This document shows positions 20,425 through 29,829 of a stretch of 62,912 bases of DNA, piece after piece. The position numbers were made by a program, and so were the translations under genes. Positions within the stretch are counted from its first letter, which is position 1, and each line of letters begins with the position of its first letter. The DNA lies in sequence record SRR2962707_3740, one strand, 5' to 3'. The notes under the pieces are model-generated. The model saw only the letters and a list, made by a program, of their open reading frames with translations, did not search any database and was not told where the DNA came from.

Positions 20425-21189
20425 ATGCACCTCAATCAGGTCCCCGCGATCATAACCGGCGGCGGCAGCGGCCTTGGCGCTGCGACGGCCCGCACATTTG
20501 CGGTTGCTGGCGCAAGGGTTGCTATTCTTGACCGCAACAAGGAAGCCGCCAAACGTGTGGCGCGTGAAACGGGCGGCATCGGGATCGAAGTCGACATTGC
20601 CGACAAAAACTCAGTCGCCGACGCTTTCAAGATCGTAAGACAGAATCTTGGCGTTCCGCGCGCTTTGGTAAATTGCGCCGGAATTGGAACGGCCAACCGC
20701 ATTTTGCCGCGCGACGGTGAATTGCCAATTGATGACTTCATCAACACACTTAACGTCAACCTTACCGGCAGCTTCATCACCATGAGCCATGCGGCAAAAA
20801 TGATGTCGGATGCGACTCCGCTTAATGAAGATGGCGAACGTGGTGTTATCATCAACACATCTTCGGTTGGCTACGAGGATGGTCAGATTGGTCAGTGCGC
20901 CTATGCCGCATCCAAGGGCGGCATCGCATCCATGACGCTTCCCGCTGCACGCGAACTTGCCCGTATCGGTGTTCGGGTCATGGCGATTGCGCCGGGACTT
21001 TTTGCCACCGCAATGACAGACACCCTACCCGATGACGCCCGCGAGGCAATTGCCGCCAATATTCCGTTTCCCAAACGTCTGGGCAAAGCACAGGAATTTG
21101 CCGATCTCGCACGACATATTATTGAAAACACCATGCTGAATGGCACCGTTATCCGTTTGGATGGTGCGGTTCGCCTGCAGGCACGATGA
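20425..21189 (+). CDS. SDR, type-II 3-hydroxyacyl-CoA dehydrogenase-like
   Basis: TGGGSGLG, NCAGI, ERGVIINTSS, YAASKGG, PFPKRLG, LNG.VIRLDGAVR. Confidence 0.92.
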   Translation: MHLNQVPAIITGGGSGLGAATARTFAVAGARVAILDRNKEAAKRVARETGGIGIEVDIADKNSVADAFKIVRQNLGVPRALVNCAGIGTANRILPRDGELPIDDFINTLNVNLTGSFITMSHAAKMMSDATPLNEDGERGVIINTSSVGYEDGQIGQCAYAASKGGIASMTLPAARELARIGVRVMAIAPGLFATAMTDTLPDDAREAIAANIPFPKRLGKAQEFADLARHIIENTMLNGTVIRLDGAVRLQAR

Positions 21190-21219
21190 CGACAGATTGC
21201 ATAGTTAAGGAATAAGAAC

Positions 21220-21999
21220 ATGACGAATGGCGCGAGTGACGTATTGAACGTTGCAATCAACGGAACGATTGCGCGTTTGACCATCACGCGACCCGAAAAG
21301 CGTAACGCTGTAAGCGATACGCTGATGGATGCGCTTGAAGCATTTTTTGCCAACCCGCCGGCAGATGTCCGGGTGGTCATTCTTGCCGGTGAAGGCGGGC
21401 ATTTTTCCGCCGGTCTGGATCTTGGCGAACATGTTGCGCGCAATGCGGCCGAAACCATGCGCCATTCCCGCAACTGGCACCGCATCATGGATATGATCCA
21501 GTTTGGCGGTCTGCCAGTGATTTCACTTTTGAAAGGTGCGGTAATTGGTGGCGGCCTTGAATTGGCCACCGCAACTCATATCCGAATTGCCGACGAAACC
21601 GCATTCTTCCAACTCCCAGAAGGCCGCCGTGGTATTTTTGTTGGCGGCGGCGCATCGGTAAGGGTCGGTAAAATCCTTGGTGCGGACCGGATGATCGAAA
21701 TGATGCTGACCGGGCGCAAATATGATGCAAAAGACGGCCTGTCACTTGGCCTGACTCACTATGTTTGCACCAACGAACAGCAAGCAGAGCAAAAGGCCAT
21801 TGAACTTGCCAACACCGTTGCCGAAAATGCCCAGCTTTCCAATTACATCATGATCCAGGCACTGGCCCGCATTGAAGATATGGCCAAGGCTGACGGATTA
21901 TTCACCGAAAGCCTGTGTGCGGCTCTGACCCAAACCAGCGAAGACGCACAGGAAGGGCTCAAAGCCTTTCTTGAGAAACGCACACCGAACTTTAAGTAA
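21220..21999 (+). CDS. Enoyl-CoA hydratase/crotonase
   Basis: HFSAGLDL, GGGLEL, QLPEGRRGIFVGGG (both catalytic Glu present). Confidence 0.92.
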   Translation: MTNGASDVLNVAINGTIARLTITRPEKRNAVSDTLMDALEAFFANPPADVRVVILAGEGGHFSAGLDLGEHVARNAAETMRHSRNWHRIMDMIQFGGLPVISLLKGAVIGGGLELATATHIRIADETAFFQLPEGRRGIFVGGGASVRVGKILGADRMIEMMLTGRKYDAKDGLSLGLTHYVCTNEQQAEQKAIELANTVAENAQLSNYIMIQALARIEDMAKADGLFTESLCAALTQTSEDAQEGLKAFLEKRTPNFK

Positions 22000-22144
22000 G
22001 ACCTATAACAGAGCCGCAAAGCAATTGTGGCCATCGCCTTAAAACACCCGGCAAGAAACCGCATAAAGCGGACGCCAGAACATTCAGGAAGGAACAGGGC
22101 CACCCAACGCAAACCGGTGCGCCCCTAACGTGAGGAGACGTTCG

Positions 22145-23197
22145 ATGTCAGGATTTCCCGTTAACCGCCGTCAGATGCTTGGCATCATCGGCGGCGCAAT
22201 TGCAGCCCCTGCAATCATCGGCAAGGCACGTGCGGCCGAAGTCACCCTTCGACTGCATCACATGCTGCCGCCGGTTGCCCCGATGCACAAGGCGTTCTTC
22301 GAACCATGGTCCAAGACCATTCGCGAACAGTCCGATGGACGTATCGATATTCAGATTTTCCCGGCCATGCAGCTTGGCGGCAAGCCACCGCAACTTGCCG
22401 ATCAGGTTGCAAACAATGTCGTTGATATCGCCTGGACGCTGACGGTTTATACGCCGGGTCGCTATCCGATTTCCGAAACGCCGAGCCTGCCCTTCATGGT
22501 GACCACGGCCGAGGCAACATCGGTCGCCATGCACAAATTCATGGATGAATTCGGTCAGGATGAATATCGCGGCATGAAGCCACTGGCCTTCCATGTTCAT
22601 GCCGGTGGCAAGTTCCATATGCGTGACAAAGCCATTGAAAACCAGGTCGATCTTGAAGGACTTCAAATCCGCGCCCCGAACCAGAGTGTTGGCAAGGCCT
22701 TGTCCATCCTGGGTGCCGAGCCTGTCTTCTTCCCGGTCACTGAAATGGCCGTCGGGCTGGCCAATGGTGTGATTGACGGCACCTGCCTGCCTTATGAGGT
22801 GGTTCCGGCCTTTAAACTTCATGAACTGACATCTGTCCATTGCGCCCCGGCCGAAGGCGGACGTGGTCTTTATGCCAACTCGTTTGCCCTGTTGATGGCA
22901 GGTGCTGCCTATGACCGCCTTTCCGATGATCTGAAAGCAGTTATTGATGCCAATTCCGGAATCGATCTTTCACGTCAGATCGGCAAGCAGTTCGACAGCT
23001 TTGAGTCGGTTGGCAAAAAGATGTGTGCCGATCGCGGCAACAAATTCGTCGAGATTCCCAAGGACGAGATTGCACGCTGGCAAACGGCAACTCAGCCCGT
23101 AATTGATGAATGGATCGAAACGCTTAACGATGCCGGTCATGATGGCAAGGCGATGATTGATCGCCTCAACCAACTGATAGATGCAGAGACGGCCTGA
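22145..23197 (+). CDS. dctP: TRAP substrate-binding protein with twin-arginine signal
   Basis: NRRQML Tat motif; FPAMQLGGKPPQL, DLEGLQIRAP. Confidence 0.92.
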   Translation: MSGFPVNRRQMLGIIGGAIAAPAIIGKARAAEVTLRLHHMLPPVAPMHKAFFEPWSKTIREQSDGRIDIQIFPAMQLGGKPPQLADQVANNVVDIAWTLTVYTPGRYPISETPSLPFMVTTAEATSVAMHKFMDEFGQDEYRGMKPLAFHVHAGGKFHMRDKAIENQVDLEGLQIRAPNQSVGKALSILGAEPVFFPVTEMAVGLANGVIDGTCLPYEVVPAFKLHELTSVHCAPAEGGRGLYANSFALLMAGAAYDRLSDDLKAVIDANSGIDLSRQIGKQFDSFESVGKKMCADRGNKFVEIPKDEIARWQTATQPVIDEWIETLNDAGHDGKAMIDRLNQLIDAETA

Positions 23198-23198
23198 A

Positions 23199-23759
23199 AT
23201 GACAGGCACCACACCTGATCATGATGGGCGCAGCAAAGGCGCTGCGCCCATTGATTTCATCATTCAGCTCATCGACCGTGCCTGTATTGCATCAGCCGGG
23301 TTTGCCGGGGTGATCATTCTTATGGTCGCAACAACCGTGACCCTTTCTGTGACGATGCGCTATCTCGGTATTGGCGGCATTCGCGGTGATTTCGAACTGG
23401 TTGAAATCGGATGCGGCATTGCCGCCTTTCTGTTTCTTCCGCTGTGCCAGCGCAAAGGCAACCACGTGATGGTCGATATCTTCAGCATGGCATTGCCCGA
23501 GCAAACCCGAAACAGACTTGATCAGTTTTGGGAGTTTGTCTTTGGCATGGCATGGGTGATCCTTACCTGGCGCATCGCACTCGGTCTGGTCGATATGTAT
23601 GACTATAATGATCGCAGCATGCTGCTTCGGGTGCCAACCTGGATCGTATATTCGATTGCCCTGTTTGGGCTTGGACTTTCCGCACTGACCGCGCTGACCA
23701 ACATGATCGAACAGTTTTTGCGCCCCAACTCCCATATCTCCCGAACGGATGCCCGATAA
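23199..23759 (+). CDS. dctQ: TRAP transporter small permease
   Basis: GDFELVE, LPLCQ...NHVMVD; 4 TM segments. Confidence 0.9.
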   Translation: MTGTTPDHDGRSKGAAPIDFIIQLIDRACIASAGFAGVIILMVATTVTLSVTMRYLGIGGIRGDFELVEIGCGIAAFLFLPLCQRKGNHVMVDIFSMALPEQTRNRLDQFWEFVFGMAWVILTWRIALGLVDMYDYNDRSMLLRVPTWIVYSIALFGLGLSALTALTNMIEQFLRPNSHISRTDAR

Positions 23760-25081
23760 TGAGTCCCGTTGAAATCAGTATCATCATGGTTACCGTCCTG
23801 ATGATCCTTATCTTTCTACGCATGCCCATCGCCCTTGCCATGGCTGTGGTTGGTGCAGGTGGTTATATCTTTCTGTCGGGATGGCTGCCGCTTTCGGCCT
23901 ATTTAAAGACCGCCATTGTCGACAAATACGTATCGTATGATCTTGCGGTTATTCCGCTGTTTATCCTGATGGGGCAAATCGCCACCCGTACCGGCATCAG
24001 CCGGGCGATCTTTACCGCCTCGAATGCATGGCTTGGCCATTGGCGTGGCGGACTTGCCATGGCATCGGTTGCTGGCTGTGCGGCTTTTGGCTCGATCTGC
24101 GGATCGTCGATTGCAACGGCCACCACCATGGGTCGGGTTGCCCTTCCGGAAATGCGGCGGCACGGTTATTCCCGGGCGCTGGGTGCGGGTACGCTTGCTG
24201 CGGGCGGCACCCTTGGCATTCTGATCCCGCCTTCGGTGGTTCTGATTATTTATGCACTTTTGACCGAACAGAATATCGTCAAACTCTTTCTCGCTGCGAC
24301 CATTCCTGGCATTCTCGCCGTTCTGGGCTTTATTCTGGCAATTGCCGTCTATGTCCGCCTGTTCCCGGAAGAAGGCCCGGCACATGCAGGCCTTCCCTTG
24401 CGCGAACGCATCAGATCACTGGGCGGGATCTGGCATGTGGCACTTGTTTTCATTGCTGTGCTTGGCGGTATTTACGGCGGCGTTTTCACCCCGGCAGAAG
24501 GGGCCTCTGTTGGCGTCATTCTGATTGCGCTCACCGGATTTTTGATGCGCAGCCTTTCAATTCGCGGCCTGTTTGAATGCGTCATTGATACCGCCGGTAC
24601 AACCGCGATGATCTTTGCCATCATATTCGGGGCGGACCTGTTTAATGTGGCCCTTGCCCTGACGCGCGTTCCGACCATGGCCGCCGAATGGGTTGGCACG
24701 GCCGGCATTGCCCCGATGACCGTTCTTATGGCTGTCATTCTGTTTTACATCGTTATGGGCTGTATCATGGACAGCCTGTCGATGATCCTTTTGACCGTGC
24801 CGGTATTCTTTCCTGCCTTCATGGCGATGGATTTCGCGATGGATCCGACACATCAGGCACTCTGGTTTGGGATCATTACGCTGATTGTTGTTGAATTGGG
24901 GATGATTACCCCACCTGTCGGGCTAAACCTGTTTATGATATCGGCGATGGCGCCAGATATCCCGACCCGAAAAATTTTCCGGGGTGCTGTGCCATTTCTG
25001 ATGGTTGAATTCCTGCGCATCGCGATCATTGTCGCGTTTCCTGCATTGACGTTCTGGCTTGTGGATCTTGTCATTCAATAG
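23759..25081 (+). CDS. dctM: TRAP transporter large permease
   Basis: CGSSIATATTM, AAGGTLGILIPPS, ELGMITPPVG. Confidence 0.95.
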   Translation: MSPVEISIIMVTVLMILIFLRMPIALAMAVVGAGGYIFLSGWLPLSAYLKTAIVDKYVSYDLAVIPLFILMGQIATRTGISRAIFTASNAWLGHWRGGLAMASVAGCAAFGSICGSSIATATTMGRVALPEMRRHGYSRALGAGTLAAGGTLGILIPPSVVLIIYALLTEQNIVKLFLAATIPGILAVLGFILAIAVYVRLFPEEGPAHAGLPLRERIRSLGGIWHVALVFIAVLGGIYGGVFTPAEGASVGVILIALTGFLMRSLSIRGLFECVIDTAGTTAMIFAIIFGADLFNVALALTRVPTMAAEWVGTAGIAPMTVLMAVILFYIVMGCIMDSLSMILLTVPVFFPAFMAMDFAMDPTHQALWFGIITLIVVELGMITPPVGLNLFMISAMAPDIPTRKIFRGAVPFLMVEFLRIAIIVAFPALTFWLVDLVIQ

Positions 25082-25108
25082 CCCCAAACCCCAGAAAGGG
25101 AGACCCAC

Positions 25109-25588
25109 TTGCAAGCAAGCAAAAAGAAAAACACGGATGATCAACCCAAACTGCGCGGGCTTTCAACCGACAGCCCGCTGCGTGGCTTTGTCGGCTATAA
25201 CCTCAAACGCGCCTATATGTCGATCCATAGCGATTTTGTCGCCAGCCTGACCCATATTGACCTCAAACCGACCACCTTCAGTGCGCTGGCGATCATCAAC
25301 GAGAATCCCGATATCAGTCAGACCGACCTTGCCCGTGCACTGGCGATGGAACGCTCGAACATTGTCGTCATGGTCGATGAGCTTCAGACACGTGGCCTTA
25401 TCGTGCGCAACAAAGTCCCAACCGATCGCCGCGTCTATGCCCTGCGCACAACGGCGAAGGGGATTGAACTTTTCGCCGAAGCCAGCCGCGCAGTCCAACG
25501 CCATGAGGAAAAACTCCTCGAAGACTTTAACCCCGAAGAACGCGACCTTCTTGTCCGGATGCTGATCCGTATCCAAAAGGTCAAATAG
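25109..25588 (+). CDS. MarR-family regulator (CouR/FerC-like)
   Basis: GFVGYNLKRA, NPDISQTDLA, DRRVYAL; TTG start with GGGAG RBS. Confidence 0.9.
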   Translation: MQASKKKNTDDQPKLRGLSTDSPLRGFVGYNLKRAYMSIHSDFVASLTHIDLKPTTFSALAIINENPDISQTDLARALAMERSNIVVMVDELQTRGLIVRNKVPTDRRVYALRTTAKGIELFAEASRAVQRHEEKLLEDFNPEERDLLVRMLIRIQKVK

Positions 25589-25610
25589 CCTCCAGATCAG
25601 GTGATATTCC

Positions 25611-26069
25611 ATGCTGCGACTGTCCCGCGAAATCCGCGTCGAATGGGGCCACTGTGACCCGGCCCGAATTGTCTATAACCCGAATTTCTATGACTGGATG
25701 GAAGGCGGTCTTCTTGCGCTATTTGCCGCGGCCGGATTTGATATGGCGCCGATGATTGCCAAGGATGCCGATTTCCGGGGAACACCGCTCGTCCGCGGGG
25801 ATGCCAGTTTCATGGCGCCTGCCCGGGTAGGCGATCTGATTGTTCATCACATCGAAGTCTCGCGTTGGGGCACAAAGTCATTTGATTTGCACCATCGCTT
25901 TACCCTTAATGACACGACCCTGATTGAAGCAAACCAGACCCGTGTCTGGGCACGCGCCAATCCTGATAACCCACAAAGCCTTGCTGCCGTACCGGTCCCT
26001 GAGGCGATCAAGGCGGCTCTGTCAGAAGACAAACACATCCGCCAAACCATCCATCAGGAAACCCGGTAG
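25611..26069 (+). CDS. 4-hydroxybenzoyl-CoA-type hotdog acyl-CoA thioesterase
   Basis: EWGHCDPARIVYNPNF motif. Confidence 0.88.
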   Translation: MLRLSREIRVEWGHCDPARIVYNPNFYDWMEGGLLALFAAAGFDMAPMIAKDADFRGTPLVRGDASFMAPARVGDLIVHHIEVSRWGTKSFDLHHRFTLNDTTLIEANQTRVWARANPDNPQSLAAVPVPEAIKAALSEDKHIRQTIHQETR

Positions 26070-26114
26070 AACGAGACGCCAAAGTGATCCCGTTCCGGGC
26101 ACTGATCGATGATA

Positions 26115-26232
26115 TTCTCGGCACCTCAAAAGTTGACATTCGACATACAGCGAAAGCAACAACTTGATCTTCCTGATTGCCAGCTGAGTTGACAGAAAAG
26201 ATGACATCTTTCTTCACACTGTGCTTCTGACC
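26115..26232 (+). mobile_element. Decayed Tn7-family transposon end (homologue of 43354-43499)
   Basis: AAAAG(N)TGACA-type repeats ending at 26138, 26194 (degenerate) and 26206; 26189-26215 matches 43469-43495 at 25/27; degenerate IHF site 26154-26166; terminal TGT lost. Confidence 0.55.
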
Positions 26233-26368
26233 TCAAACAAGGCACCACCATTTTAAATTCCAATAACCTCGCTAACAGCCGACCATAAACGCAAAGAAGC
26301 AATATGCTGCGATAAGAAGTAGGCACATTCGGCTCAATGGATCGAACCATCTTGCGATCCGAATAGTG

Positions 26369-28468
26369 TTAGAAACCGCTTTCGCGCAGGAGAATTGCGA
26401 TCAGGTGTTTGGTACTGTCGATCAGCAAGCTGCGTTGCTGTCCGTCGATTTGCAGATGGCCGATCATTTCGTGGGGATCGCTAGGCACGGCGTCTAGTTG
26501 GACGCGGATTTCAAACCATGCCGCTTTGGGAGAAAGCCCGTCTTTTTCAGTTGCTGTGGCAATGGGGCCACCATGGGTGGATGCCAGCAACGGATGCGAC
26601 AGGCTGCGTGCGCGGGTGCTGCCGATTGCGATCAGGTGACCGGGGATCGGGGTGATTTTGCCGTCAGGGTAAAACAAGACCCGGTTTCCAACTGACAGGC
26701 GGTCGATTTCATCGGCATGGACATAGCCATCGACCTGCCAGGATGTCGGATCCACCAGAATGCCCAAGGGTTCTTTGTCACCAACCCACTGTCCGGGTTT
26801 CATTTTATGATCAACATCAAGCCACTGACCATCGAAAGGTGCGCGTAAAGTCAGTCGGGCGATTTCGGCCTGTGTGGCACTTATTTCGCGAAACTGGACA
26901 GCGAGACGTTGTTCAATCACGCTTTTTTGCGAAAGCCCCATCGGGTCGGCCATCATGCCGCCAAGCCGTGCCTTATAGCTGGTGATGCTGGCTTCGTTAT
27001 TGCGCATTCTAAGATGAAGATCGGGATCATCAAGTTGCAACAACACATCCCCGGATGTTGCCCAACCTGATGTTTTGAGTTCCGAAAGCTGGGCGGGGAA
27101 CGGGGCAAAGACTTTGAGCTGCCGTTCGGCGCGCAACACGCCGTTCCCGTGAATTTGGCTGTGCCATGGAATTGCCGCCAGAATCAAAATGCCCAGAAAA
27201 ATCGCGCCAAAAATCATCCGCCGCCGGACCGAGACAAATTTGCGATTTGCCCACCAGTGTTTAAGCTCGCGCATCACCGGCAACAGGATGAACCAGCAAA
27301 TTTCGACAATGAACAGAAAGATGCCAAGCACCTTGAAGAACAGCAGATAGACCGCAACTGCGATCCCGAGAAACAGGATGAACCGATAGGCCCATGTCAT
27401 GAAGGCAAAGACAGTTAGCAGGCGTCGTTGGTCTTTGGGGAACGGTTCGGGCCAGTCTTCATCAAGGCCAAGCACGCTTCTACGCATGGCTACACGCGCA
27501 ATGGCCGACGCACGTTCATGCAGATTGGGAAAATCAAGAATGTCAGACAGGATGAAATAGCCGTCAAAGCGCATGAACGGGCTGACATTCAAGGCCAGCG
27601 ACAGCACCCAGCTTGTGGTTGCCAGATATAAAAGCGCGTTGCGGGTCGCCCCGTCTTCACAGATCGCCCAACCAAATGTGGCCAGTCCGGCAAGGGCGAG
27701 TTCGGTCAGAATACCGGCACTTGAAATGGCAAGACGCTGCTTGGGGGAACGCAATTTCCATGTTTCGCTGGTGTCGGTATAGAGCATCGGCCACATCACG
27801 ACGAAGGCCACACCCATATGGGCGACGCGCAAACCAAATCGGGTGGCGACAAGGGCATGGCCAAGCTCATGCAGGGTCTTGGCGACAATCAAGGCGATGG
27901 CAAAACTGACGATCCCGGCACCGGAAAAGGATTCCACCACGGCATGGGTGAAGCTGTCCCATTGTTGGGAGACCATAACAATGCCGGTCAGACTGATGAA
28001 CAGGATCACGAGTGCTGTTAATGGATGGAAGATCCAGCCAACAAGGCCGAGCAATCCGGTCAGGTGCTTTTGCGGGCGGACCAGCGGCAGTCGAAAAAAC
28101 AGATAATGGTGCAGCCACCAGCGCCATTCCATCCAGCCGTTTTCAGTACTTTTTTGTCCAAGAGCATCGGTCTCGGTCGCGGTTGGCCGCAAAAGATGAT
28201 GGTTTTTGAGAAACTGGACAAAGGCGACGACTTGATCAATGTCGGGCTTAAGGGCCGTGCTTTTGCTGACAAGGTCATGGATCTGGCGCGGGGTTTTTCC
28301 CCACCAGCGCAAGCATTCGAATTCCAGCCAGCCGATTTTGTAAAACCGGTTAAGCACCGTATCTTGAATCATCCATGCCGGTTCGCCCGACACGCCTTGC
28401 CCGGCTTCGCAAAGGCGAAGATCCTCGCGAAGCGGTCGGGGCGTTTGATCGGCATCATCCTGCATCAC
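26369..28468 (-). CDS. Peptidase M50 (site-2 protease) fused to a C-terminal HlyD-like membrane-fusion domain
   Basis: HELGH zinc motif, NVSPFMRFDG (NxxPxxxxDG), several TM helices, then lipoyl/coiled-coil MFP region (LTLRAPFDG). Confidence 0.9.
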   Translation of the reverse strand: MMQDDADQTPRPLREDLRLCEAGQGVSGEPAWMIQDTVLNRFYKIGWLEFECLRWWGKTPRQIHDLVSKSTALKPDIDQVVAFVQFLKNHHLLRPTATETDALGQKSTENGWMEWRWWLHHYLFFRLPLVRPQKHLTGLLGLVGWIFHPLTALVILFISLTGIVMVSQQWDSFTHAVVESFSGAGIVSFAIALIVAKTLHELGHALVATRFGLRVAHMGVAFVVMWPMLYTDTSETWKLRSPKQRLAISSAGILTELALAGLATFGWAICEDGATRNALLYLATTSWVLSLALNVSPFMRFDGYFILSDILDFPNLHERASAIARVAMRRSVLGLDEDWPEPFPKDQRRLLTVFAFMTWAYRFILFLGIAVAVYLLFFKVLGIFLFIVEICWFILLPVMRELKHWWANRKFVSVRRRMIFGAIFLGILILAAIPWHSQIHGNGVLRAERQLKVFAPFPAQLSELKTSGWATSGDVLLQLDDPDLHLRMRNNEASITSYKARLGGMMADPMGLSQKSVIEQRLAVQFREISATQAEIARLTLRAPFDGQWLDVDHKMKPGQWVGDKEPLGILVDPTSWQVDGYVHADEIDRLSVGNRVLFYPDGKITPIPGHLIAIGSTRARSLSHPLLASTHGGPIATATEKDGLSPKAAWFEIRVQLDAVPSDPHEMIGHLQIDGQQRSLLIDSTKHLIAILLRESGF

Positions 28469-29829
28469 AGGCCACTCCAGGCACGCAAGGTCGCAAGCGG
28501 GCGGCGCAGCAGGTAATAGCCCAGCGGAACGCGGTCGCCATAAAGTTTGGCCGTGCCATGCAGGCCAAGGCGGATATGTTCCGGACGATTTTCGATATTG
28601 GCCAGCAGTCGATAGGACACAATGCCATCATTGTTCGGCCGGGCCTGATAGCTGGTTTCAAGGATTTTGCCGCGCACCGGATCAAGCGGATAGGCTGTTA
28701 AAAACAGGGTAACGTCCGCGCCGACATCAAGTGTTATGGCATCCGCAACAGAAAGTTCAATCCGCATGGCGGGTTGATCGGGGTTAGCCAGTTGCAAGAT
28801 GCGTTCACCCGTTGCGACCGGTTTACCGATCCAGTCATTGGGATCTGTAAAGACCGCAACACCGTCGGCAGGGGCCTCGATCCGGGTACGATTAAGCTGG
28901 GCAAGAACAGCAGCAAGTTCAACACGGCGTTGCTGGACGCGCCCGCTTAACACGGTAAGCTCCCCCTTGCTTTGCGGGTTGTTAAAGGCACCCTGACTTG
29001 CTGCTTGTAATTCGGCCTCGGCGACGGCGACTTCCTGTGTCAGCACATCGGCCTTATTACGCAGCGTGGTTTGATCAAGGGTGAACAACAGCTCGCCCTT
29101 GGTGACCTGCTGATTAGGACGGACAGAGATTGCATCAATCACACCATTCAGCGGTGCGGTTATTATCTGCGTATCGCGCGAGACAATTTCCGCCGGGGCC
29201 AGCGCACTTTGCCGGACAGGAATAAACAGCAATGCTGCGACAACAATCGCGCCAATCACCGCTGCCCGCCGCGATGGACGCCAGCGCCGTTTTTTGGCCC
29301 CGCCACTAAGCTGATGCCAGCAATAACCCCATGTCCGGAAGACACCGCCAAGATGTTCAAGAAGTCCTTCGGGTACGCCTGTTTCAAGCTGGAAAATAAT
29401 AAAGCCGAGCCGCTCGCCACTGGGGCGTTGGAATGGCACAACCAAAAGTCCGGCTGCCCACCATTCCGACCATCCTTCTGCGATCTCAGTCGGTGGATCG
29501 GCCTTTTCGCGGTCAATCCAGACCGGGGAACCGGTTTGGGACTCTTTTGGTGCGGTCTTGTCCAGTTGATCCGCGACCCAGCGGCTGGCCTGTTTGAGCC
29601 AGACCAGATAAGGGGAATCTTCGGCAGGCTTGGCCAGACCGGAAATGCAGAGAAGTTCCGGATGTCGACCAGTTTGAGTAAACACAAGCGCTTGTCGAAA
29701 TGGAAGGAGACTATAAAGATCATTGGCCATCGAAAAGGACAGCGCATTGAGGGTCTCGGCCCCCATCGCGCGATCACGAAGTGCAATCAATGTCGTAAGT
29801 ATCTGGGCCGGGGGGAATGCATTAGCCAT
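28465..29829 (-). CDS. HlyD-family periplasmic adaptor with an extra N-terminal cytoplasmic (GAF-like?) domain
   Basis: TM ~190-205, ITAPLNGVI..V.PNQ.V.KGELL, IEAPADG, GLHGTAK; about 180 extra N-terminal residues. Confidence 0.85.
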   Translation of the reverse strand: MANAFPPAQILTTLIALRDRAMGAETLNALSFSMANDLYSLLPFRQALVFTQTGRHPELLCISGLAKPAEDSPYLVWLKQASRWVADQLDKTAPKESQTGSPVWIDREKADPPTEIAEGWSEWWAAGLLVVPFQRPSGERLGFIIFQLETGVPEGLLEHLGGVFRTWGYCWHQLSGGAKKRRWRPSRRAAVIGAIVVAALLFIPVRQSALAPAEIVSRDTQIITAPLNGVIDAISVRPNQQVTKGELLFTLDQTTLRNKADVLTQEVAVAEAELQAASQGAFNNPQSKGELTVLSGRVQQRRVELAAVLAQLNRTRIEAPADGVAVFTDPNDWIGKPVATGERILQLANPDQPAMRIELSVADAITLDVGADVTLFLTAYPLDPVRGKILETSYQARPNNDGIVSYRLLANIENRPEHIRLGLHGTAKLYGDRVPLGYYLLRRPLATLRAWSGL

